Position numbers and translations under genes: made by a program. From Candidatus Spongiisociaceae bacterium (GTDB lineage Bacteria > Actinomycetota > Acidimicrobiia > Spongiisociales > Spongiisociaceae): 64,000 nucleotides of DNA. The notes beneath the pieces were generated by a model. The model was not told where the DNA came from. It searched no databases and saw only the letters and a list, made by a program, of their open reading frames with translations. Each line of letters begins with the position of its first letter. The stretch's first letter is position 1. The stretch lies in contig OZ253564.1 of the NCBI GenBank assembly GCA_965262915.1, positions 256,001 through 320,000 of the forward strand. The letters are read 5' to 3'. Positions 20,596 through 31,321 of this stretch are shown piece by piece.

Positions 20596-21128
20596 CGATG
20601 AGCCCCATTAGTTACACTGGCCAGAGTTAGCGTTCTCATAAACAGCTATCTACCTGGGATAACAGGAAAACGGGCCCACAACTGTCGGTAAATGGGGATT
20701 ACAAACTTGTCTAGTCAAGTATGTAATCCCCTTCCTTTGCTCAGTCGTTCCGTCGGGTGTGTTCGACCAGACCTGCCGCGAATGAGCCTTCGGCGGCGGC
20801 GTCGGGGCCTGCCGACATTCGGCTGCTCGTGGACATACTCGGATACACCACCCCAGAAGAAGTAGAGGAAACCACCACATCCGTCTTCGGGAACGAACCC
20901 CTACCAGAAGGCTGCGTAGCCACCATCGCAACCCTGTTGACGTGACAGCACGCCCAGCATCCCGCGGTGCTCACAGTCGCGCTCCGGAACAGCTTGACAG
21001 CACCGAATGGTGGCCGGGGCCCCCGGTAGTGGCTCTGGACCGTGGTCGGGTTGCGGGCGGCGGCGTTGCGTGTGTACCAGTTGGGTGGAGTTCCCTGATA
21101 GGCCTAGGCGTTTGGCGCCTGTCCGGCT

Positions 21129-21480
21129 GTGTCAACCGATTTGCACGAATCGATCTCAGCGCTCGAAGTTCGTTGCCACCCGGAACAGATCGCCGGGGCG
21201 CTTGCTCTCGGACCCACCAGCCTCCGCGTGACTGAGCCCACCGCGGGAATGGTGGATCTCCAAGCTGGCATGAACGTGTGCTTCACTGGAACAGCCGTGA
21301 TCCATGGTGCCCCAGCAAACCGGCACCTGTTGGAGAAGATTGCCACACTGGTTGGGATGCGGTCGCTAAGTCCGTGACTAAGAAATGTGACCTACTCGTG
21401 GCTGCTGATCCCCTGTCGCAGTCCGGCAAAGCCCGAACCGCGCGGCAGCGAGGCATCCCGATCATCAGCGTTGAGACTTC
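21129..21480 (+). pseudogene. BRCT-domain gene fragment (frameshifted)
   Basis: GMNVCFTG...SVTKKCDLLVAADPLSQSGKARTARQRGIPII across two frames. Confidence 0.65.
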
Positions 21481-21926
21481 CTCAACGCAACGTGACACCT
21501 ACACCAGGGCACGACTGGCAGTCCGCCTGCGAAACCGCGGCGCTTCCCTGTCATGGGGGTCGATGAGCGTCGTCCTCTACGGGCAGGTCCCGGTCGAACT
21601 CTCTGAGCAACGTCCCGGGTCAGCTGCCGAGGACCTTGAGACAGCCGTCATCAACACCAACCTATGGGGCCGCCCGGCGGCGCTGGGTCACTCGCTCTGA
21701 GTGAGCTCGTAGTCAAGCCGCACGCTAGTGACACCGGTCGTAACACCGGCCAGGGTCAGCCTCCTCGAATCTACCTATCTACCAGGCACAATAGGCGGAG
21801 ATCGCTCGGTTGGGAGGGAAAGGTATATAATTCCCCAACGAATCGGTAGTTCAGGCTAAACCGAGGCTGATTGCACCGTCGAGCCTTCATCCGCCGGTCT
21901 TCGGCTAGAGAGAAACCTCGTGGTGC

Positions 21927-22271
21927 CTAGGTGTTCAGCCGTTTGGCTTCCGCACGGACATGCGGCGGTACCCGAGAGCGTGTGATGATCGACAAGGCGT
22001 CTCGGGCTCGGCCGGCCCGGATAATCCGCCGCGCGTTGCTCACGCGACTCCGGGTCGCTCTGGTTCTGTAGCCCCTGTCGTCTGCGAGTTGTGCCACGAT
22101 GTCGGCCGCTTCCACAGACTCGTCCGAGAACAACTCGTAGTACGCGACGAAACACTCTTTGCCGACAGATCGAAGAGCGCCACGAAGCTGGTAGTCGTTC
22201 ACCAAGACGATCAGCGTCGCCGGATCAGCTCGACCGTGGCGTACATGGCCAGTCCCACCGCGAGCGCCCAT
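21927..22271 (-). CDS. Hypothetical small basic protein (start uncertain)
   Basis: Protein-like C-terminal 85 aa LRSVGKECFVAYY...SRVSNARRII. Confidence 0.4.
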   Translation of the reverse strand: MGARGGTGHVRHGRADPATLIVLVNDYQLRGALRSVGKECFVAYYELFSDESVEAADIVAQLADDRGYRTRATRSRVSNARRIIRAGRARDALSIITRSRVPPHVRAEAKRLNT

Positions 22272-22849
22272 AGCGCGTACGCTCCCGGCACGGACGCCTG
22301 TAATCCGACACCGAGGCCGAGGTAGCCCAGGATGACAGCGGCCAAGTACAGCCCGGCGACTTGGCGGCCTTCACTACTTGGGGCTGATCGCTCGGCTGAG
22401 CGACAGGCGGATGACCCGCAAACCCACCAGCACGGTAACAAGAGCGGCGCCGCCGGCCCACCACCCCACTTCTTCCCACACCAGCCAGCCGGTCGCGGCA
22501 AGCATCACGATCACGAGTATCCGCTTCATGGCATGGGCACCCGAGCAGCACTACGCATCCGCCGAGACCATACCCATCGTGAAGCAGTGTTGCAATAGGA
22601 ACGCGTAGGCTGGGAGGTCCGCAGATCCAGAGCCGGATCATCTGGTGCGGCATGTGCCGTCGCTTGCAGGGGCGGTGGAGGCCTTCCGCCAGTCCCTAGC
22701 CCCACTCGTCGAAGCAGAAGGCGACACCGGGCCTGTCACCGACCTCCAACCGGTGACGGCTGTGGTCGGGACGCGGTGGGATGGAGGCGCGCCGGTGCGG
22801 TGGAAGACCCGACGCGTCCATCCGGGCATTGCTACCTGGTGTGGGGAGC

Positions 22850-23460
22850 GGTGGCCCCTGGCCGAGGATCCGCTGGCCGGGGTGCCGCCCCGCCGACTGA
22901 GAGCCGATAACACGAGGGCGATCCCGCTCGGGGATCTCGAGGAGTTGTAGCGCCGCCGTCTGGTGCCGCTCCTGGAGAAGACGCTGCGGCGGATGCTGTA
23001 CGAAACCGGGGCCAAAGCGTCGGAGGTGCTAGCCCTCGACGTGGAGGACCTTGACCGTACGAGCTGGCGGGCCCGGATCCGTTCCTGACGCGACAATACG
23101 GACGTGGTCGTGTGGGCGGCGCCCACCGCCCGCCTACTTGGCCCCTACCTCGCCGACGGCACCACCGCCCGCTGTTACTGACCCGATGGAAGACCCGCAC
23201 CGTCCCCCCACGGCGTCCCCTGTACGAACCGACCGGCCAAGCCCGACACGCCTGCCGGACCGCCGCGGCCGACTTCCGCAAACGCACCGCCGAGTGGACC
23301 CTCCACCAGCTCCGCTCTCACCCATCTAGCTGAAGCCGGAGCCTACGCGGGCATGCTGCAGGCGAGAAGCCGGAACCAGGATCTACGTACTGCGTCGGTG
23401 TACACCCGACCCGGCATCGAAGCAGTCGCGCAACTGACCCCAGATCAGTTCGACCACCGG
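22850..23460 (+). pseudogene. Tyrosine recombinase pseudogene, paralogue of 59778-60698
   Basis: EKTLRRMLYETGAKASEVLALDVEDL and WTLHQLR remnants with stops and frameshifts; next to the tRNA-Ser(GGA) 3' end. Confidence 0.8.
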
Positions 23461-23680
23461 TCTAGCTGACCAGAACGCCACTTCCAACTGGCGAGCCGCG
23501 CCTAGATGTAATCGGGCCCGGGTCGGAAACGACGGGCGATGGACCCCGCAACGCACGGGGTCGTTCATCGCGATTCGATGTGATTAGCATGACCGCCGCC
23601 GTCCAAACACGAAGTTACAGGGGAAGTGATAACCAGTTATCCAAACTGGCCATCTAGCTGGGTATATGTACAATCTAAGG

Positions 23681-23770
23681 CGGAGGGAGTGGGATTCGAA
23701 CCCACGAGGCGCGGTATACGCCAACACGCTTTCCAGGCGTGCGCACTAGGCCAGACTATGCGATCCCTCC
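23681..23770 (-). tRNA. tRNA-Ser(GGA)
   Basis: GGAGGGA/TCCCTCC acceptor stem, CACGC-CTGGAAA-GCGTG anticodon arm, long variable arm, GGTTCGAATCC; CCA not encoded. Confidence 0.97.
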
Positions 23771-23884
23771 AGAGTGGTGGATTGTAGGGTGTGTGCTCAA
23801 GAACGGGACTGGCGTTGGCCCGGCTCCGCTGCGGAGAGTGAGCTCGGGCAGCGGGCCAACGGTTCCCGCTAGACTCTCGGGGCG

Positions 23885-24157
23885 GCCGTGCTACGTGGGG
23901 CGCTAGGGGTGTCCTGTAGCCCGAAACCCTCTACATGCGGGGCGGAATGCCTGTCGAAGGGTGTCGGGGTCCCGTAGGTATGCGGTCGGCACGTGGTGTT
24001 GACGGCCGGGTCCTACGCAGCGGGACCTTCGTGAACCGGGTCAGATCCGGGAGGAAGCAGCCCTAAGCGAAGTGTTCCGGGTGCCGTAGGGTTGCCGGGC
24101 CCGAACCGGCGACCGGCTCGCGCCACGAGATCCGCATCCGACGGTGGGCTGCACGGC
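23885..24157 (+). ncRNA. ffs: Signal recognition particle RNA, large (Alu-domain, Bacillus-type) form
   Basis: Helix-8 motif TCAGATCCGGGAGGAAGCAGC; 5' GCCGTGC pairs with 3' GCACGGC; 5' segment resembles the B. subtilis scRNA Alu domain. Confidence 0.88.
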
Positions 24158-24190
24158 TGCCCGAATCCTTGCCCGAGCGTCGGTAGGTGT

Positions 24191-24655
24191 ATGTCCTGGA
24201 CCCGATTGATGGAGGCCGCTCTCGCCGAGGCGGCGCGAGCGCCGGTTCATGGCGACGTTCCGGTGGGAGCCGTGCTCGTCGATCGCCGGGGCCGGCAGGT
24301 GGCGTCGGACCACAACCGCCGGGAGGAGTTGGCCGACCCCACCGCCCACGCCGAGATGCTGGTCCTCTCGGCGGGCGCTCGCAGGGAACGGAACTGGCGC
24401 CTCGAAGGTCACACCCTGATGGTCACCCTGGAGCCGTGCGCGATGTGCGCGGGCGCTGCGGTCCAGGCCCGCCTGGAGCGGATCGTCTACGGGGCGGCCG
24501 ACCTCAAGGCCGGGGCCGCATGGAGCCTCTACAACATTCCCCAGGATCGGCGGTTCAACCACCGGATCGAGTTGGTGGCCGGAGTACTCGAGGAGGAATG
24601 CTCGGCGATCTTGACCTCGTTCTTCGCCGGTTTGCGAGAAGGCCGGACCGGTTGA
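24191..24655 (+). CDS. tadA: tRNA adenosine(34) deaminase
   Basis: VPVGAV, AHAE, TLEPCAMCAGA; next to ffs and tRNA-Ser. Confidence 0.95.
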   Translation: MSWTRLMEAALAEAARAPVHGDVPVGAVLVDRRGRQVASDHNRREELADPTAHAEMLVLSAGARRERNWRLEGHTLMVTLEPCAMCAGAAVQARLERIVYGAADLKAGAAWSLYNIPQDRRFNHRIELVAGVLEEECSAILTSFFAGLREGRTG

Positions 24656-24749
24656 GACACCCTGTCGCCGACGGCAGCCCCCCACAGGCTGACCGGGCTC
24701 GCTGACCGCGCGCCGGCGCCTAGGGCCCGCGGTACAATCCGAGACCCTC

Positions 24750-24839
24750 GGAGGGGTCGCATAGTCTGGCCTAGTGCGCGGCACTCGAAATGCCGTAGGG
24801 GGTTGCACCTCCTCGTGGGTTCGAATCCCACCCCCTCCG
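24750..24839 (+). tRNA. tRNA-Ser(CGA)
   Basis: GGAGGGG/CCCCTCC stem, CGGCA-CTCGAAA-TGCCG anticodon arm, T-loop. Confidence 0.97.
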
Positions 24840-24849
24840 CCCAGGCTTG

Positions 24850-26498
24850 TATGTTCCCGGTGACGAGACGCAACCGATCTGCAGCGCCGCTACGGGACCC
24901 TGTAGCACCAGGGTCGGCAGCCCGTCATGTAACCCGGCCGGCCGGCCGGTGTCGGCCCTCGTGTTCCCGGTCACGCGCCGGGAGCTGGTCTCGGTGGACG
25001 GTGACCCGGGTGGCTGGTTTCGGTTGATCACCGTCGCTGCCTCGTCGGAGGCCGTGCCGTCGCCGTTGGTGTTGTAGGCGAGGACCTGCACATGATGCCG
25101 TACATCCTGAACCAGACCACCCAACCTGCGCGAGAGCGTCGACGGGCCGGGGATCGTTACTTGCCGTGACCCGTCGTACCGTTGGCCACCGGACCTCCAC
25201 CGCACCTTGTACCCCTCAATCGGAGCGCCGCCGTCATCGCCGGGCACCGTCCAAGAAATCGACAGATATCCATCTTCGTCGGAAGCCAGCTCGATCTCCG
25301 GCGCTGCCGGCACGCACCCGCCGTCCCGCCACGGGTTTCTGGTCGGCCCGTCACCGAACATGGAGGCGGTCGCGTTGGCATTGTCGCAGTAGCCGCCGAA
25401 GGCGTTGCGAAGGTGGTAGACAACGGTTGCCTGTACCTCTTCGTGCAGGTTGAGTCGGAGCCGCTTGAACCCCTCTATGTCTGTCCATAGCTGTTCCAGG
25501 TTCGGAGTACCTGACGTGGAGTAGGTTTCGTCAAACCATTCCGGTGTGTTGCCGGCAAGGGCGCTGTTAACGATCTCGAGCGCTTTGTCTGTATGGGGTG
25601 TCGTGTCGCATTCTCCCCAGTAGCCCGGTGTAGCCAGGTCACCCATCGATCGTATGGTCATCAGGTCTGCTAGGAACTCGTATTTGTCGCAGAACCAGGG
25701 TGGTTCTTCCCGCTGTAGGGTATCGAGGTAGATGAGGGCGATTGCGATTCCCTTCGCCTTGTCTGGATGATTGTCCAGAACATAGTTGTCGATAGAATAT
25801 ACGTGCGCGAGTTCATGAACTACTACATGTTCGCTCGTGGGATCGTAGAATTCTACGAAATCGGTGGTGCAAACGTTGAGTCCTGATATGGGATCGGGAC
25901 TACGACACTTGCCTTTGAAAGAGCCGCTATTGCCGCTGCCGATCTCATCAACAAAGATGAGTGAGTTGTTGTCCGCAACGTATTGCCAGGTCTGTTGGAT
26001 CCACGGAGCGTCTTCTCCGTACCTTGCGACAAGCGCTTCAACGGTCATGCGAAGGATATCCAGGCTCGTAGCCGGAATAGCCTTGGCCTCATTGGAGGGC
26101 TCACTATCACCGTCATCGTTTACTCTCATGACTCTGACGGTGTACTCAACGCCGGTTTCCAATCCAGTGATGCGGTAGAACAGGTCCTTCCGCAATGTGC
26201 TTATCGCTTTGTAACCTTCCGAACCTGTCGAGATAGCCTGCCGGGACTCGCTGTAGTCTAGGAAATCAGACTTCCACTGTACCTTGTATTGGTAGTCGGT
26301 CGCAGAACCCGCCTCTTTCAGAGGGTCCAGCCACGACACGTATATCTTGCCACCACCGATCGCTGTTGCCCTTACATCTTGCGGTGGCTGATCGGATACG
26401 TGAGCGGCCGCCACACCTGAGGTCGGCGCGACTGCTGCTGCGATGAGTATGACGACTGCCGCGATGTTCCTGATGGTGTTCCTCAGCACAATCGTCAC
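24850..26498 (-). CDS. Secreted protein with two fibronectin type III domains flanking an HExxH zinc-protease-like region; 3' end probably truncated
   Basis: Signal peptide; Fn3 W...Y..QWKS...ITGLETGVEYTVRV and a second Fn3; VVHELAH; ORF runs into the tRNA antisense. Confidence 0.75.
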
Positions 26499-26672
26499 CC
26501 CTTAGTCCGACGATCCCTGGACGTGAGAAGACATCTAGATCCAGAGTAAGGCTCATCGCGTTCTAGTGGAGCATGACGGCGACCGGCAGGTCTCGAAGCC
26601 TTCCACACCCTCCGCTCCAGAGTCCGATCGCGGGCATCGGACCCTTCTCACGGAGCCGACGACCGGACAGGT

Positions 26673-27200
26673 TCAGGCGCAGATAGGTTCCCGGGCGTTG
26701 GCTTCCCACCGGGCGTTGAAGCGCATCGGCGCCTCCCCGTCGGCGATCCGGCCCCTTGCTTCCCACCACAGGTTGGCCCACTCGTCTGGGTCGTTGACTA
26801 CCTGCCCGGGATGGAAGGAACTGCGGGCGACGAAGGCGGGGAAGGCGGAGCGGCCGGTGGGCCGGCCGATCGGCTGGTATCGGCGGTCGAAACTCCAGCG
26901 GATGTCGTCACCGTGGTTGTCGAGCGAGCCGTACTCGGTCATCTTGTGCAACAACACCGCGCCTCCCGCCCGCACCTAGATGGGGAGAACCCGGTCGTCG
27001 TCGATGATCGTCTCGGGAATATAGATCTCGGCAGGGAAGGTCCTGCCCGGACAGTGAAGGGTCATCTCTCCGCGATGGCTACCGCGTTCGACGGTCAGGC
27101 ACCCACTCTCGATAGTGGCGTCGGTGGCGGCCGGCCAAACGGTCAGCATGTCGGTGCCGTCCGCCTCCGCGTCGACGAACCGCCGAGTCCTGGTGCCACA
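26673..27200 (-). pseudogene. PhyH-family dioxygenase pseudogene (third paralogue)
   Basis: Near-identical to the C-terminal halves of the two genes downstream; in-frame stop at 26976-26978; 5' half missing. Confidence 0.85.
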
Positions 27201-27386
27201 GCGTCTCCTGATCTGGCTGCGGTGACCGCTGGAGACTCCAGGCGAGCACGGTAGCGGGATATGCCGTAGATGCTTGGACAGCGGCAACCTCGCCGTAGGG
27301 CAGGGCACGCTAGCGGCGGCGTAGGCTACGCATAGTCCGGTCCACATAGCACGTTCGCAGTTCTGACCTCATCGAAAGGAGCGGCC

Positions 27387-28157
27387 ATGAGACTGATGGG
27401 GAAGGTCGCGCTCATCACGGGCACAGCAAGCGGTATAGGACGGGCCACCGCCCTTCGGTTCTCCACAGAAGGCGCCAAGATCGTCGCCGCCGACATCTCG
27501 GAGGCGAACCGCTCCACCGTCGAGGCGATCCGAAGCAACGGGGGCCATGCCACCGCCGTGCAGGTCGACGTATCCGACGACGCCGACGTCGCCCGTGCCG
27601 TGCAGACCGCGGAGACGACCTACGGACGGCTCGACATCGCTTTCAACAATGCCGGCATCATGCTCGCCGAGGATGCCGACGCGCTGTCCACCACCGAAGA
27701 GACCATCGACAGGACCCTGGCCGTCAATCTCAAAGGCGTCCTATATGGCTGCAAGCACGCCATCGGTGCCATGCGCCGTGCGGGCGGCGGCTCCATCATC
27801 AACACCGCCTCTTTCGTCGCTTCCCTAGGCGCGGCCACTCCCCAGATCGCCTACACCGCGTCGAAGGGCGCCGTCCTGTCGCTCACCCGCGAGCTCGCCG
27901 TGGTACACGCCCGAGAGAACATCCGCGTCAACGCCCTGTCCCCCGGACCGCTTCGGACCGAACTGCTCATGTCCTACCTCGATACCGAAGAGAAGAGGCA
28001 GCGCCGGCTCGTGCACGTGCCCATGGGCAGGTTCGGCGAAGCAAACGAGATAGCCGCAGCCGCTCTGTTCCTGGCGTCGGACGACTCCTCCTTCATGACC
28101 GGCGCCAACCTGCTGGTCGATGGCGGGATCACCGCCGCCTACGTCACCCCGGAGTGA
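27387..28157 (+). CDS. SDR-family oxidoreductase
   Basis: TGTASGIG, NNAG, YTASKG. Confidence 0.95.
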   Translation: MRLMGKVALITGTASGIGRATALRFSTEGAKIVAADISEANRSTVEAIRSNGGHATAVQVDVSDDADVARAVQTAETTYGRLDIAFNNAGIMLAEDADALSTTEETIDRTLAVNLKGVLYGCKHAIGAMRRAGGGSIINTASFVASLGAATPQIAYTASKGAVLSLTRELAVVHARENIRVNALSPGPLRTELLMSYLDTEEKRQRRLVHVPMGRFGEANEIAAAALFLASDDSSFMTGANLLVDGGITAAYVTPE

Positions 28158-28252
28158 GGTTCACCCACGTTGCCGGCTGTGCGCGGTGATCATCGGGCTC
28201 GTCGCGGGAGCACGCTGGTCCCCGGGCTGCTACGAAACGGGTAGCCCCTGTA

Positions 28253-29242
28253 TCAGGCGCAGATGGGTTGCCGTGCGTTGGCTTCCCACCTGGCGTTGAG
28301 GTGCATCGGCACCTCGCCCCCGGCGATGCGGTCCCGCGCCTGCCACCAGAGATCGGCCCATTCCTCGGGGTCGGTGACGACCTGCTCGGGGTGGGCGATG
28401 CTGCGGGCGACGAAGCCGGGGAAGACCGAGCGGCCGGTGGGCTGGCCGATCGGCTGGTAGCGGAGGTCGAAGCTCCAGCGGATGTCGTCGCTGCGGTTGT
28501 CCAGCGACCCGTGCTCGGTCATCTTGTGCAGCAGCACCGCGCCTCCGGCCGGCACCTCCATGGGCATGACCCGGTCCCCGTCGATGATCGACTCGGGGAT
28601 GAAGATCTCGGCAGGGAAGATCTTGCCGGGACAGTGAAGGGTCATGTCTTCGTGGTGGCTCCCGCGTTCGACGATCAGGCACCCGTTCTCGATGGTGGCG
28701 TCCGTGAGGGCCAGCCAAACGGTCAGCATGTCGGTGCCGTCGGCCGCCGCGTCGATGACGGCGGAGTCCTGGTGCCACAACGTCGCGGCGATGTTGGCGT
28801 CGAGCGCCGTCCCGGGCAGATGGCGGGCGGGCGGTTTTATGCGGGTGTGCTGCACCGGATTGGAGTAGATCTCGGGTCCGATCACCGACTCGACGATGTC
28901 GAGCAGGCGGCGGTTGGTGAGCAGGCCGAACACCTCCCGCCCGGCATTCATGGTGTGTGACGAGTCGAGTTCGTCGAGCAGCGGGAGGGAGATGTCGAGG
29001 TGCTGGTACAGGTCGTACATGTCGTCCAACTGCTGCATGGCCTCTATGTACTTCTCGGAGAAGGTGGTTCCGGCGAGCGGCCGGATCTTACCTTGCTCCA
29101 CCAGCTCGGCCGATACCCGGTCGACGATCTCCCGGTACTCGGCCTCGATGCCTTCCAGGTCCGCTTCGGTGAGCACGTCCTCGACGACCAGGAACCCGTC
29201 TTCGTGGAACCGGTCGAGTTGCTCGACTGTCAGTCCGGCCAT
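28253..29242 (-). CDS. Phytanoyl-CoA dioxygenase (PhyH) family Fe/2OG dioxygenase
   Basis: FHEDGFLVV, WHQD, ENGCL, EHGS. Confidence 0.92.
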   Translation of the reverse strand: MAGLTVEQLDRFHEDGFLVVEDVLTEADLEGIEAEYREIVDRVSAELVEQGKIRPLAGTTFSEKYIEAMQQLDDMYDLYQHLDISLPLLDELDSSHTMNAGREVFGLLTNRRLLDIVESVIGPEIYSNPVQHTRIKPPARHLPGTALDANIAATLWHQDSAVIDAAADGTDMLTVWLALTDATIENGCLIVERGSHHEDMTLHCPGKIFPAEIFIPESIIDGDRVMPMEVPAGGAVLLHKMTEHGSLDNRSDDIRWSFDLRYQPIGQPTGRSVFPGFVARSIAHPEQVVTDPEEWADLWWQARDRIAGGEVPMHLNARWEANARQPICA

Positions 29243-29327
29243 CCTCACCTTCGCCTGCCGGTAGGCACGACTCTATATCCGTGCCGGCCCGAAACGGGGT
29301 CCGGAATCGGGATCGAAGCGTCCTTTT

Positions 29328-30317
29328 TCAGGCGCAGACCGGATGCAGGGCGTTGGCATCCCATCTGGCGTTGAATTGCCACGGCACCTCTCCGCTGACG
29401 ATGCGGTCCCGGGCTTCCCACCACAACTCGCCCCATCCTTCGTGGTCGGTGACCACCTGCTCGGGGTGGGCCTTGCTGCGGGCTACGAATCCGGGGAAGA
29501 CCGAGCGGCCGGTGGGCTGGCCGATCGGCTGGTAGCGGAGGTCGAAGCTCCAGCGGATGTCGTCGCTGCGGTTGTCCAGCGAGCCGTGCTCGGTGTGCTT
29601 GTGCAGCAACACCGCCCCTCCCGCCTTCACCTCCAAGGGAACTACCCGGTCCCAGTCGATGATGGACTCGGGAATATAGGTGGTGGCGGACGCGGCGGTT
29701 CCGGGACAGTGCGGGGTCAGGTTCTCGTGATGGCTCCCCCGTTCGACGATCAGGCACCCGTTCTCGATGGTGGCGTCGGTGACGGCGAGCCAAACGGTCA
29801 GCATGTCGGTACCGTCGGCCTCGGGGTTGATCACTCCCGCATCCTGGTGCCAGGTCGTGGCGGCGATGTTCGAGTCGGTGACCGCGGCGGGCAAGTAGCG
29901 GGCGGGGGGTTTGATGCGGGTGTGCTGCACCGGATTGGAGTAGATCTCGGGTCCGATCACCGACTCGACGATATCGAGCAGGCGCGGGATGGTGAGCAGG
30001 CGGAACACCTCCGGACCGGCGTTCATCGTATGCGAATGATCGAGTTCCTTGAGCATCGGCAGGCATATGTCGAGATGCTGGTAGATGGCGTACATGTCAT
30101 CGATCTGCTGTATCGATTCGATGTAGCGTTCCGAGAAGGTCCCGCCCTCTAACGGCCGGATCCTTCCCTCCTCGACCAGGGCGGCGGTCACCCGGTCGAT
30201 GATGGCGAGGTACTCGGCCTCGACCGCGCCCAGGTCCGCTTCGGCGAGCACGTTCTCGACGACCAGATACCCGTCTTGGTGGAACCGGTCGAGTTGCTCG
30301 GCGGTGAGGCCGGCCAT
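29328..30317 (-). CDS. PhyH-family Fe/2OG dioxygenase (tandem paralogue)
   Basis: FHQDGYLVV, WHQD, ENGCL, EHGS. Confidence 0.92.
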   Translation of the reverse strand: MAGLTAEQLDRFHQDGYLVVENVLAEADLGAVEAEYLAIIDRVTAALVEEGRIRPLEGGTFSERYIESIQQIDDMYAIYQHLDICLPMLKELDHSHTMNAGPEVFRLLTIPRLLDIVESVIGPEIYSNPVQHTRIKPPARYLPAAVTDSNIAATTWHQDAGVINPEADGTDMLTVWLAVTDATIENGCLIVERGSHHENLTPHCPGTAASATTYIPESIIDWDRVVPLEVKAGGAVLLHKHTEHGSLDNRSDDIRWSFDLRYQPIGQPTGRSVFPGFVARSKAHPEQVVTDHEGWGELWWEARDRIVSGEVPWQFNARWDANALHPVCA

Positions 30318-30454
30318 CTGTCACCTCCCTGTGTCCCGCTGGAGAGCAGGCTATACGCCGCGCGGGCGGATTGCAGGCGATATTCGGAGGTCGGGACGGT
30401 GCTTCCGGAGCGCCGATTGAAGCCACCGATCGGAGGTCTACGATACTCCCCAGG

Positions 30455-30543
30455 GGAGGGATGGCCGAGCGGACGAAGGCGTCGGTCTTGAAAACCGATG
30501 GGCCCGGTAACGGGTCTCGTGGGTTCGAATCCCACTCCCTCCG
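30455..30543 (+). tRNA. tRNA-Ser(TGA)
   Basis: GGAGGGA/TCCCTCC stem, TCGGT-CTTGAAA-ACCGA anticodon arm, T-loop. Confidence 0.97.
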
Positions 30544-31321
30544 CCTATAATTGTACATTGTGCCTGGTAAAGGGCTAGATAGTCCTTCTGGTTATCACTT
30601 TTGCTGTACTTCGGTGTTCTTGCTATGCCTTTATGGGCGATCGGGTCGAGCCGGCGCGGCGTTCGGTAGGTAGTTGCGTGCGGTAACAACGACGACACCC
30701 CGATTGGGTTGAGCAGTGCAGCTATGCGTGGGGTGCCCGGCTGGGCCGGTCGAAGTCGTGGGCGGATACTAGCGGGCTTGGCCGGTTCCCAGACGACTGC
30801 TTCTGTTGCAAGGGGGAGTTGAACGAACGCTCGGACGCAACCGGGCTCCACAAGCGGCTGGTGGTATGGCAGTGGAGTCCGTTCTTGTGGTGTACCGGGG
30901 GGGCGGCGACTCCGAAGCCGGTTACATGCGTCGGTGGGGAGGCTTTCCGGGAAGGTCTGTGCCGTAGGGGGGAGGGAGGCCTGTGGGAGAAGAGCTGGGC
31001 GTCACTCTGTCGTCGAGCGGAGCATAGTGAAGGTGGGAACCGATGCGGGGTTGTCCACTCCCGCTGTGCCGAACCGTTCCGGGAAACCCGGAACGGTTCA
31101 TGGACGCCCATTAGACACACTCATACTGAAGGTGCCCTGTTTTGAGGGGGGCTGCTGCGATGATGAGGAGTGTTCCCCTGTGACCGGGGGGCGGGTCTGA
31201 CCCGACTAGACACCGGCACTTGTGTTGCCTTGCTGGGGATCTGTCGGCCTGTCCCCCGGTCAGGGGCGGGGTTCGGCTTCGAAGCGGATGTGACGTGATA
31301 GACACCCCAGGAGCGTAAATG

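Noticed and set aside
24092-24190. N-terminal extension of TadA
   Set aside because: Overlaps the SRP RNA 3' strand; ATG 24191 gives normal length.
24771-24850. Fn3 ORF overlapping tRNA-Ser(CGA) antisense
   Set aside because: The tail is read-through after truncation; the translation is just the tRNA reverse complement.
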